From a virus (lineage: Duplodnaviria; Heunggongvirae; Uroviricota; Caudoviricetes), in IMG/VR virus record IMGVR_UViG_3300033070_001123: a stretch of DNA of 64,000 nt, one strand, 5' to 3'. A program made the translations under genes and the position numbers. The notes under the pieces were generated by a model, which ran no database searches, had not been told where the DNA came from, and was given only the letters and a program-made list of their open reading frames with translations. Positions 48,401 through 56,656 of the stretch are shown piece by piece. The number at the start of each line of letters is the position of its first letter. The first letter of the stretch is position 1.

Positions 48401-48982
48401 GTCAAAGTCTTCAAGCCTAGCGCCTGGAAGCTGATTACGAGTTTCGGTCTGCAAATCAATCTTGCTTGGAGTTCCTCTATGCTTATGCTTTGCAACCTCG
48501 TCTTTAATGAACTCAAGAAAGCTTATTTCTTCTCTAAAGTTCAGATCAATACTTGTTATGCCTGTCTCGCCCGTTGTAACCCTTGCAAGTCTAATGGCGT
48601 TTCTAGAAGGAAGGCTTCTACTCCATACAAAGTCAACTCTTCTTGAACGAACTGTTCCGCTTGTAAGTATGGCATAGATATCAAATGTTTCGCCAGGAGG
48701 CAAATCCAAAACTTCTCCTGTGGATTCGGTTTGAACAGCAAGCGAAGAAATAATACCTAAGCCAGGTGTTATATCAACAGCGATGGTATTGCTACCTATG
48801 TTGTCTCTTTCCGTAATGGTCCAACCGCTTATGACTCCGTTACCAAAGACAGAGTACAAACCATAAAGCTGCTTATCAATGACAAGAAAACGGTCAATCT
48901 CTTTTTGGACATTGATACCGTCGCCAAGGTCGTCGCCATAGGTAAAATAAGCTAAACCGTAAAATGGAGTTGAACCTGCCAT
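45440..48982 (-). CDS. Tail fibre-like protein, 1180 aa (attachment N-domain, HKH motif, CBM-like domain, NHL-like blades)
   Basis: GNGVISGW, KHKHRG, DASKVNSGRLSPERVP; DWSLYDEL..FWVDNI; FNNPFSV..IIADTKNDRVIEV. Confidence 0.75.
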   Translation of the reverse strand: MAGSTPFYGLAYFTYGDDLGDGINVQKEIDRFLVIDKQLYGLYSVFGNGVISGWTITERDNIGSNTIAVDITPGLGIISSLAVQTESTGEVLDLPPGETFDIYAILTSGTVRSRRVDFVWSRSLPSRNAIRLARVTTGETGITSIDLNFREEISFLEFIKDEVAKHKHRGTPSKIDLQTETRNQLPGARLEDFDASKVNSGRLSPERVPQLDHNDLENNGLLTHAALDSFTRLISSGNRQLLGEIGSVNTMKLITAQHYLANSMNLNLSDLVDFPNLHVCYPGITPDAGIDFDATTANVSLDTHCISGKPVQDGSIISIYWASNPAFFTATDRQNVTIARDTVTLTRGGSSSTQVEDFEQVPRAGVPIPGFTTQVEITTDKIGVTSEDSSALRTQGFYSGKFETERDSRIIYKRVLTQNRDWSLYDELILDVKSLSISHGAVYMYFVNGEGDTKKQSQSYLVLGPDEITDNVDPVFNGFERRVFDISEEDKNDIREVVFYTDDTVTKHVFWVDNIFLRNQSLFPPSGLIRFRYSSGVPVVFSAINYDALIPEDCDVRVRVRVANSPSLLNRAIYTPVLRSGDVFSLYGTDAEIEVVLVSNPDRTFTPTLQSLELQLVVSSNITGFTISTAQDWDRGSYINQKQTVDEFNPFYSKIVLQEPISVGDIYYIYQNGVNENDPEGTAVYGFRGLLFRTLLSPQQSIDIASPDFSPGFNNPFSVYRLETRNFIIADTKNDRVIEVTPAGEFVRGVGGHNVSDSSSFYPLTAVYNQRKGVLTIAFSQDIDPTKVDITKIRLWIGSASILFGEQDEILDSGKSPKLLEISITNDKVEQLQDPNFDVYVDLLSGFLPTPFVYPDSARRLITNRGLLVFIGDFVYMNDIKRPVFANVTSSGTWMICNSKVEEEEIDTGTTTNLTLKVGDSTTFTVEVDPPGDGFELRWERNVPAAIQDIVSFEAPLPGNVATVSLNSPNDTQIRTWQLVFTAVYIQTDTGETIATTTNTLILNIIAADDGSGTDTPEEAPSLVEINFNNEEVIFSYNALTFSDFTLGSVYEIDSEKILVSGLVQESDPLPAPDGGDGVETYEQQAIRKLANYRGKTIILSRRDKSISFEYFASDNAYPSDAVLDDNTNVVIAETSFIGNAGRVIKVDSDGNIVWQVSGGLFSKVNDVRAKFTGDVIVST

Positions 48983-48986
48983 CTAT

Positions 48987-49190
48987 TTATGCTCCGACTC
49001 TTCCGCCCCTCGTAACGCCAACAATCATAACGCCTTCTGCTGCCGTACTACGAGAAAGCTGATACAAACCCATTCCTCTATAACCTTGTCGGCTATTCCT
49101 AATTGCAAGAAAGTTCTCAGAAGAATTTCTATCCTTCTTAATCTCATTGCGAACTTTATTGAATACGCCTGTTGCTTGATTCTTTGACAT
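48987..49190 (-). CDS. Small basic hypothetical protein, 67 aa
   Basis: Fills the gap exactly (1 and 4 bp spacers); GGAGGA upstream. Confidence 0.65.
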   Translation of the reverse strand: MSKNQATGVFNKVRNEIKKDRNSSENFLAIRNSRQGYRGMGLYQLSRSTAAEGVMIVGVTRGGRVGA

Positions 49191-49191
49191 C

Positions 49192-52100
49192 TTATCCTCC
49201 CTGTATATTATTGTTTATAGAGCCATCAATACCCAATCCAATTTCGTTAGTATTACCCCATTGAATATCTTGTCTTGGGAAGAGCCATAAGCATTCAAAA
49301 TCTTGATACCATGTATTCTTTGAAGCGTCAACCTCGCTCTTTATCGAACTTATAACAAGAGGTTGTTTCTCTCTTGAACCAAGAGGCTGAAATGTAATAA
49401 CATCAAGAGCCTTTAGCTTATTTCTTCCAATTGCTTTGAAAGAAACCTTTATTGGAGGGATAAACATTCTGGTGTAATTCTTGACAATCCACTTCACTGT
49501 ATCTGCGCTACCAAATATACCGTCCATCTGCAAGAAAGGCTTACGATATCCTATAAAGCCTGGCGAATCAGGATCATTAAGAGAAGCATAATTTGTATGA
49601 CCAGCAACAAAGACTTCTCCATTTGGCGAAGTAGAAAGAACTTTGATTTCGTTCATAACATCTTGAACAACTCTTTCAACCTTATAATCGCCAACGATCT
49701 GCCTATTCATTTCAGCACCGCCAACCGCCAACTGCTTTGGCGTTGCAAAGAAATCAACCTTACTAAGTCTTGCCCAATCCTGTATGGTCCAGTTTGTTTG
49801 CGAGCCAGACTGCCCGCCCCATATTTCTTGGTCATAAGGAAGCGGCTCAAAATGAAACACACCAAGCCTATCAAAATACGCAACCTTATTAGCAAGCAGA
49901 GACATCTTCTTTACAGCGTCCCAGTAGTTGCTTCCGTCAGGGAACTTCAAAAATGGAGATTGCAAAATATCATAAGAGCCAGGAAGGGCATATTCTCTAT
50001 TATAGATTTTGTCGCCGTTATAATAGAAAGTATGCCATCCGCCCTGGTACTGAGACAAAGCAAGGCTTCTAATCAAAGACCCAGGCTCAAACGTAGAATC
50101 ATTACCCTCTCCGTCCCTAAGCCCTGCCATCTGCATAATATCGTAAACCGCATTTACGTCCCTCATTCTGTCAAAGAATGGAGAGTTCAAGAACATCTGA
50201 TCTTTCAGTATCTTAGAATAATCATTCAGTTTGCAATCTAGAATCTTTTTGTTAGTTTCAGTTGTAACAGTTCCGCCATGACAAAAACCAGTAAAGACAA
50301 TCCTATCTTTAGGATTAGCTGGAGTTGGCATAATACCGTCTTCCCACCAAATGCTAATCTGCAAATAGAATGTTTTATCAGCCAAAGAATACAAATAGTT
50401 TGACTGATTATTCCTAAATTTCATACCGTCGCTTACAAGGAACGATATTGAACCGCTATGTTCAAGCTCTTGCCATTCCGTTTCTGACCATTCATCGCTA
50501 AAAGTAAGAACGTGCTGGCTTACATCAACAGGACTTCTTTCAAAGATACATCCCTTCGGCGGAACAAACATTCTAAAGTAGTACAAAATTGGAGTAACGC
50601 AATCGTTGAGCAACCATCCTGTTCCGGCGTTGTCTATAACAGGGAAAAGATAACCACCAGGTAGTGCTGTTATAGCAACTTGGAAAAGCTTACTTCTATT
50701 AGAGGTCGAACCTTGATCAAGAACGCATTCGGAAGCGTCAACCTCAAGAACGGATTCAAGATTCAACCTTGTTCCCGTTCCACCATTAGCCTTCATCATA
50801 TCTGGGGCTTTGCCATAGTTCCAAACAGCCCTAGGCTGAACGTCTATGGCATACGTTGTTGTTTTCTCAGCAGGACCGCTTGGTTCTGTTGCATTACCAG
50901 ACTCCTCTTCTGGAACGCCAGACGAGCTTCTTCTTGCGGCTATTTCCTTGTAAACACCAGCCTCGTTTGTATATTGTTGATTTTCAAGATAGACAGTAAC
51001 ATCAGGGTCCAAGCTCTTGCCTTTATCTCTGAAAAGAAACTGAACATCCTTAACGTCTATTGGTCCTTGTACAGAAAACGGTTGAGGCAAAACAAACTTA
51101 TTCAGCTTTGTATACAACATTGGCGAGAAAGTAAACTGACAGTTACGATTTCCTCCCATTATGGCTATTCTACCAAAAGGAATGAGCATTTGTACTGTCT
51201 TATAGTTGACTTGACTTTCGCTAATAGGAACGCCAACCGGAGTTGAAGTAAGGTCTATATCCTTTCTAGATATAACCCAAGGATTGTTCTCGTATCCAGA
51301 AAAAGTAACAACGATATTACCGGCATGCTGTCTAATAGAAACCTTCAGCTTTTCCTGCCTCAAAAGAGTAGCAGAAGAAGCTGCGTCATACGTTGAAAGT
51401 TTTCTTAGCTTCTTATTTCTACCTAGAACATCAAAATCAATACTTATAATTTCCTTCAACGGAGTTCCGCCAACGTTTGTTCTTCCCGTATCTTCGTCGG
51501 TATCTGTTCTGCATTTTTCAGGTTCATTAGAAGTTGATGTTCTTGGCGGAGGTTGTGTTCTTTGACTGGAATTATCAGCTTGAACCCTACAAGTAAGAGT
51601 TGGAGATTTTCCGCATTGGCAGAAAAATGGGAAGTTATTTTCTGATATAATGAGCCAATAGTTATGCAAAGGATCTTCAACGCCTATCTCAATTATGTAG
51701 TACATCTGCCTACTAAGATCAAGGGATTTCTTTCTCTCTTCCGCTATTTCACTGCTTCTATCTCTGGCAGGATTGAAAAAATCTCCTGGATCAAAAGCTC
51801 CGCAAATAGAAGTCTCTGTAATAGAATTGACATCTAAAAACGAAAACTTATCAAGCATTCTGTAGACATTGGACTTGTTAGCTATAGCGCTACTTTCTCT
51901 TGCTCCTGTAATAAACTCAACAACAAAGTCTTCTCCTTGAAAAACAGGAGTCCTCTTGAGAACTCTCCAATGAGCGCCAGGATTGATACCATAATAGATA
52001 TTGCCTCCCGGAGAAAAGAAGGGCTTTAGGTTTGCTTGAGCAATAACAGCAGCAGGATCTCCTGTCTGAGCTATACCAACCATTGCTGGCATAGCAACAG

Positions 52101-52776
52101 TATTCTTTGTTTTTGGAATAGTGTCCGCAAGACCTTCGTTTGTTGCCTGTATACCAAACGACTGACCTGCTTGATAAGAAATATACTTCCATTGAGGACA
52201 AAATGACTTTATCATCCTAACAACAGGACTTGTTATTTTAGATATAGAATTGTATTCTGACGGCATCAAGTTCATATCGCAATACAAACTTCCGTCAGCT
52301 ATCCATGTTTGATGGGAAGCAATCGAATTCGAAAAGACCGCAGAGTTACCTTCAAGAATAAGAAGATTAGAAGTCAAGTCCTTATCAAGAGCTAAAAACT
52401 CAAAAGAACTAAGAGAATAGGTTCCTTTCTTCCAATCAAAATCTTTGCCTTCCTGAACTGTTGAACGAGACATCTCTGCTTTTAGAGAATTCTTTTCCGC
52501 TTTCTCTTCAGCGTCAGGTTTCAGAAAAGCCAAAAAGTTATCTATATAGAAGTTGGGTATAGGCCTTAAGAAAGCACCGTCCAAGCCAGGTATTGATAGT
52601 AAAGTATTCCTCAAGGTCTGAGGAGCAAACTGCAAAGTTTCAGGCGAAAAGATAAACGATTGATCTTGTCTAAGCCTATCATAGATAGGACAATTAGCCC
52701 AAATCAAGCATTTGAACTTAAGCTGACCAGGACGGCCCGGTGAAGCTGTTTGCCAATCTTTACAGCCATTTGCCAT
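49192..52776 (-). CDS. Baseplate hub/Tal-like tail-tip protein with large N-terminal extension (~1194 aa; ATG 52776 preferred to TTG 52779)
   Basis: C-terminal part DVSQHV..VFTGF..DYSKILKD..YWDAVKKMS..YFDRLGVFHF..MNEIKV..LKALDVI..VISSI resembles gp27-like hubs; second gene after tape measure. Confidence 0.65.
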   Translation of the reverse strand: MANGCKDWQTASPGRPGQLKFKCLIWANCPIYDRLRQDQSFIFSPETLQFAPQTLRNTLLSIPGLDGAFLRPIPNFYIDNFLAFLKPDAEEKAEKNSLKAEMSRSTVQEGKDFDWKKGTYSLSSFEFLALDKDLTSNLLILEGNSAVFSNSIASHQTWIADGSLYCDMNLMPSEYNSISKITSPVVRMIKSFCPQWKYISYQAGQSFGIQATNEGLADTIPKTKNTVAMPAMVGIAQTGDPAAVIAQANLKPFFSPGGNIYYGINPGAHWRVLKRTPVFQGEDFVVEFITGARESSAIANKSNVYRMLDKFSFLDVNSITETSICGAFDPGDFFNPARDRSSEIAEERKKSLDLSRQMYYIIEIGVEDPLHNYWLIISENNFPFFCQCGKSPTLTCRVQADNSSQRTQPPPRTSTSNEPEKCRTDTDEDTGRTNVGGTPLKEIISIDFDVLGRNKKLRKLSTYDAASSATLLRQEKLKVSIRQHAGNIVVTFSGYENNPWVISRKDIDLTSTPVGVPISESQVNYKTVQMLIPFGRIAIMGGNRNCQFTFSPMLYTKLNKFVLPQPFSVQGPIDVKDVQFLFRDKGKSLDPDVTVYLENQQYTNEAGVYKEIAARRSSSGVPEEESGNATEPSGPAEKTTTYAIDVQPRAVWNYGKAPDMMKANGGTGTRLNLESVLEVDASECVLDQGSTSNRSKLFQVAITALPGGYLFPVIDNAGTGWLLNDCVTPILYYFRMFVPPKGCIFERSPVDVSQHVLTFSDEWSETEWQELEHSGSISFLVSDGMKFRNNQSNYLYSLADKTFYLQISIWWEDGIMPTPANPKDRIVFTGFCHGGTVTTETNKKILDCKLNDYSKILKDQMFLNSPFFDRMRDVNAVYDIMQMAGLRDGEGNDSTFEPGSLIRSLALSQYQGGWHTFYYNGDKIYNREYALPGSYDILQSPFLKFPDGSNYWDAVKKMSLLANKVAYFDRLGVFHFEPLPYDQEIWGGQSGSQTNWTIQDWARLSKVDFFATPKQLAVGGAEMNRQIVGDYKVERVVQDVMNEIKVLSTSPNGEVFVAGHTNYASLNDPDSPGFIGYRKPFLQMDGIFGSADTVKWIVKNYTRMFIPPIKVSFKAIGRNKLKALDVITFQPLGSREKQPLVISSIKSEVDASKNTWYQDFECLWLFPRQDIQWGNTNEIGLGIDGSINNNIQGG

Positions 52777-52779
52777 CAA

Positions 52780-55700
52780 TCATTCCCTTTTTGCGTATTC
52801 TATATCTAGTATCGGTGTTTCGGGATAAGAAAACGCTCTGAAACTACCAGATGCGTCCTTATAGAAAAATCTAAGGAAACCGTTACCCGTTGAATAACCA
52901 ATTGAGGGTGTCTCTGATATAGAGAATCCGTCGCCAAATACATCTACATCTCCATACGGGAAAACAACGTTAGTTTCCTTGTTCTTAATAGCAGTCTTTA
53001 GTTCTGGAGAAATTGCACCAACGACAAAAACAGGCTTAGCCGTTTCTGAGTCAGGACCAAGAATATCTTGTATCTTAACATCGCTAGCAATACTTGCCTT
53101 AGAAATGAAGTTTCTTATGAACAACATACCCTCAGTCTGATAAGTTAGATACGCAACATCAGACTTGTAATCTATTGCAAATCCAAGCAATTTGATTGAT
53201 TTCAATTCTTGCAAATCGCTATTCTTATGGACAAGCAAACCTTCTTCAAAGAAATCATACCAAGCGGCCCCGCCATTGGAACTACCCCTACAGTACAAAC
53301 GACCATTTGCAACAAATAGAACTTTGAACTGACCCGAAGAATCTCTAAAAGCAATGAAATCAACGTCAGGGAACCCCTCTTCGTAATTCTTTTCGTCCCC
53401 AGCAAGAGCTATGCGATAATCTGTTCTTCTTGCATTTCTCATCGCTTCCGTAGTCGCAAGTTGCGTTTGAAGATAGTCTCCCGCTACGTTGCCAACAACT
53501 ATATTACTTGGAGTAGCCCTTAGCTTTTGTCCAGCTTCAGAAAAATGATACAAGCCATACATTGCCAACGTATTTTCATCTAATCTATTCGGCCTCTTAT
53601 ATGCCAAAAATGCGTCTTCATAAACGAATAAACTCGCATCTATCTCTTTATGCATCAAAGCATCATTCAAAACATAAAATAGGTGTATTTTATTGCTAAA
53701 ATCGTCCATTACAGCATATGGAGCCGAAACGCTCTCTCCTACCACGGTTCTAACAAGACCCTTAAAATCATACCATGTATAACCATAATCAGGGGACAAT
53801 AGACAAGATATCTCTCTCACCGTCTGCTCTTGAAGGCCTGGCATTGCCCCGTCAGGATGAGGCCCAACTAAATGAGAACCGTCAGCATTGAGTCCATTAT
53901 TAGAAGTATCGCCTTCGCCGCCCTTTTCGTCTTCATAGAAAACAAGCCATCGACCAGAAGGATCAAAGCATGTTGTAACATTGCTTGTTGATATCTTATA
54001 CTTCTGATATTCTTCTTCTTCCAAAGACTCCGCTTCGATATATTCAATATCCATGTATTTAAGTATATCGCCGTCTATGAACCAACTTTCAGCGTTTATG
54101 TAACGAGTGTCAACACAAACAATTCTTGCGTCCTTTTTGAAACTTCCTTGATAAGGAATAGCAACGTTATCAACAACGTTCTTTGAAGACGGGAAAACAA
54201 AAGAAACCATTCGTTTTGAATCATCCAAAAACGCTCTGTTATTTGGTATGTACTTGATTGTTATTTTTCTAAGCCTTCTTCCAGACAAACCTGCAACATT
54301 AATCCTACCAGTAGCTTGATCTCTTGTGAAAACCAACTTGTCAATTTTGATAATTGTAGGAGAAACCTTACTCATAAGAATCAAAGCGTTTTCTGTTGAT
54401 ATCTCTATGCCTCTATAATATCCCGGTTGATCTCCTATGAGATTATCATATCCACCATACTTAATGCTCTCGCCCGTAAGCGACGTATCAAGCTGAGGAA
54501 GAGTATGACCCTCTGAAGTAAGATTTTCTCTTTCCATTTCAGAAAAATCTTTATTGATTACGCCTTCTTCAAAAACTCTGAAGTTCGTTGTTCCGTTAGA
54601 ACTATCAGGATAAACAAGGCAAGCTTGATACTTCTTAGGATCAGTGGTAACTGCGTAGTTTTCAGTAAAAGCTGGTCTTGTACCAACCCATATAGCTCCG
54701 TCGCCTCGAATAGGATTAACTGCCTGAAACTTTTCGACATAGATACGAGACTTAGAAGAAAGTCCTTGCAAAAAGGTAGGAGTCCTCAAAAGCATATCAG
54801 CCTGTATAGTACCTTTTGTGCAGAATCCAAAATCGTAGGTAAATGTTACATTACAAGTATACAAGGTTCCAGAACCCTGCATTGGAACTGAATCAAACTT
54901 AGCACTTGTTAGATCATAATCGTCTCTACCTGGAGACAAGCTTTTGATAAGATCCAAGTTCGCAAAACCAACTCCAGTATTAGGCTCATCTTTGTTATAT
55001 ACAGTACAATTTGAAAGAGCCTTTGCTAATCTTCTTTCATAACCAAACTTCTCATTATCATAGCAAACGGAATTAACATGATCGCTTATATCAAAAAGAA
55101 AATCATCAAAAAAAGCTCTAGCCTCGTCGCCGCCTAGAATCAACTGTCCGCTTGAATCAAAAGCATTACTCGTTGACTGAACTTCTTGTAAGAAAGAGTC
55201 AAACCAAGCCTGATCTCTTATAGATGCTCTAGGAATCAGCAATCGAACTTCATTATTGTTTCTAAAACTACAAGATAGTATACCTCTTGAGTCTGCGAAA
55301 TAGCAACCCATTATGAACTGGTTTCTATTTGCCTTTTCAAGCTTTGATTCAATTAGTCTCTGGCATTCCATGTCCGTCAAAAGGATTCTTTGAGTAAGCC
55401 TTTGAATTCTTCTTGTCTTTTCTGTTTCAGTAAGAGAAGCGTTGTTCTGTATCTCAAGGATTTGACTTTGTATCTCGGCGTCATTGACGAAATCTGCCAA
55501 AGCCGCTCGTTCAGCGGAATTCTTTCTAACCTTGAACTTGAACTTCTTAAAGTTCCAACCCTTTACCAAATCAAGAGGAGGTAACTGATAAACGCTTTGA
55601 TCTGGAAACAGGAAAAAGTTAGTTATATTCTCTATGGCATGCCTAAAAAGAGGCGTTCCGCCAACATAGGATATATAGACCTTATCGCCAGCCTTTAACG

Positions 55701-56655
55701 CAACAGTAGGCGGAGCGTCTGCGGGAGGCGGATTGTTCGGGTCTGTTTGCTCAGAAAGATTGAAAGAAACAACCTTATCAGTTAGGTCGTCGGTACTGCC
55801 ATTCCAAAAACAATGACCATTTGTTCTATCAAACTCGTTATCAGCCCTATAACGATTTTTCCTCTCGTCTCGAACAATTCCCGTAAACAAATTGGTTGCG
55901 TCAGAATATTTGTAGTTCTCAAACTCCGCCTGTATCTGCCCGTCAGGAGACTGAGGCCAACCTCTGATTCTGCCACCCGAATTACCAAGATTCTCTAGCT
56001 CATTAAGATCTGACAAGCCCAAAAGAATCCTCATATCGCTATCTGTTAGTTCAATAGGCGCAACTCTTCTGCCAAGTCTTTGTTCTACTTCATCAGCAGG
56101 AGTTGCTCTTGCTCTAGCTATTTGCTCTTCTGTTAGCGGCGTGTCTGGCGTAACAAATACTATTGGCGCTCTTGTTATACCAAGAACTCCCAAAACATAA
56201 TCTGGCAAAATAATTTGTTTACTTGTTATATTCTCTTGGGTAAGAACAACTTCTCTATTAAGTCTTGTTTCTGAATCACAAACATGAAACGTCCACCTAG
56301 ACAAGGTTCTTTCAGCATCGCCTTGCAAAGAGCAACCAAGAGCAGAACCTATACCAAAGCCCGCTCCGCCTCCAAGAGTTCCAAATATGAAACCAGTGTT
56401 ACCACCTGGCGACAAGTCATTAAGACTTGTTCCCGTAACTCTTGTTCTTACTCCAAACCAAAACTCAGCATACAATCTATCTGCGGGAAGCAAACGTATA
56501 ACCTCTCGTTCAGAGATTATTTGTCCTCCCTGATTACGAGTTCTAGGTCTAGCTGTTGTTCCTGTTTCTGGAATATAGCCATTTGGAATAAGGTCTATAT
56601 TGTCATAAGCAAGAACGCTGCTAGGTAAAAGATTGCCTAAGCATATATTTGGCAT
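52780..56655 (-). CDS. Putative tail-tip protein, 1291 aa, Asp-box motifs in the C-terminal part
   Basis: Directly follows tape measure (1 bp); SPDYGYTW and SSNGGAAW. Confidence 0.6.
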   Translation of the reverse strand: MPNICLGNLLPSSVLAYDNIDLIPNGYIPETGTTARPRTRNQGGQIISEREVIRLLPADRLYAEFWFGVRTRVTGTSLNDLSPGGNTGFIFGTLGGGAGFGIGSALGCSLQGDAERTLSRWTFHVCDSETRLNREVVLTQENITSKQIILPDYVLGVLGITRAPIVFVTPDTPLTEEQIARARATPADEVEQRLGRRVAPIELTDSDMRILLGLSDLNELENLGNSGGRIRGWPQSPDGQIQAEFENYKYSDATNLFTGIVRDERKNRYRADNEFDRTNGHCFWNGSTDDLTDKVVSFNLSEQTDPNNPPPADAPPTVALKAGDKVYISYVGGTPLFRHAIENITNFFLFPDQSVYQLPPLDLVKGWNFKKFKFKVRKNSAERAALADFVNDAEIQSQILEIQNNASLTETEKTRRIQRLTQRILLTDMECQRLIESKLEKANRNQFIMGCYFADSRGILSCSFRNNNEVRLLIPRASIRDQAWFDSFLQEVQSTSNAFDSSGQLILGGDEARAFFDDFLFDISDHVNSVCYDNEKFGYERRLAKALSNCTVYNKDEPNTGVGFANLDLIKSLSPGRDDYDLTSAKFDSVPMQGSGTLYTCNVTFTYDFGFCTKGTIQADMLLRTPTFLQGLSSKSRIYVEKFQAVNPIRGDGAIWVGTRPAFTENYAVTTDPKKYQACLVYPDSSNGTTNFRVFEEGVINKDFSEMERENLTSEGHTLPQLDTSLTGESIKYGGYDNLIGDQPGYYRGIEISTENALILMSKVSPTIIKIDKLVFTRDQATGRINVAGLSGRRLRKITIKYIPNNRAFLDDSKRMVSFVFPSSKNVVDNVAIPYQGSFKKDARIVCVDTRYINAESWFIDGDILKYMDIEYIEAESLEEEEYQKYKISTSNVTTCFDPSGRWLVFYEDEKGGEGDTSNNGLNADGSHLVGPHPDGAMPGLQEQTVREISCLLSPDYGYTWYDFKGLVRTVVGESVSAPYAVMDDFSNKIHLFYVLNDALMHKEIDASLFVYEDAFLAYKRPNRLDENTLAMYGLYHFSEAGQKLRATPSNIVVGNVAGDYLQTQLATTEAMRNARRTDYRIALAGDEKNYEEGFPDVDFIAFRDSSGQFKVLFVANGRLYCRGSSNGGAAWYDFFEEGLLVHKNSDLQELKSIKLLGFAIDYKSDVAYLTYQTEGMLFIRNFISKASIASDVKIQDILGPDSETAKPVFVVGAISPELKTAIKNKETNVVFPYGDVDVFGDGFSISETPSIGYSTGNGFLRFFYKDASGSFRAFSYPETPILDIEYAKRE

Positions 56656-56656
56656 A

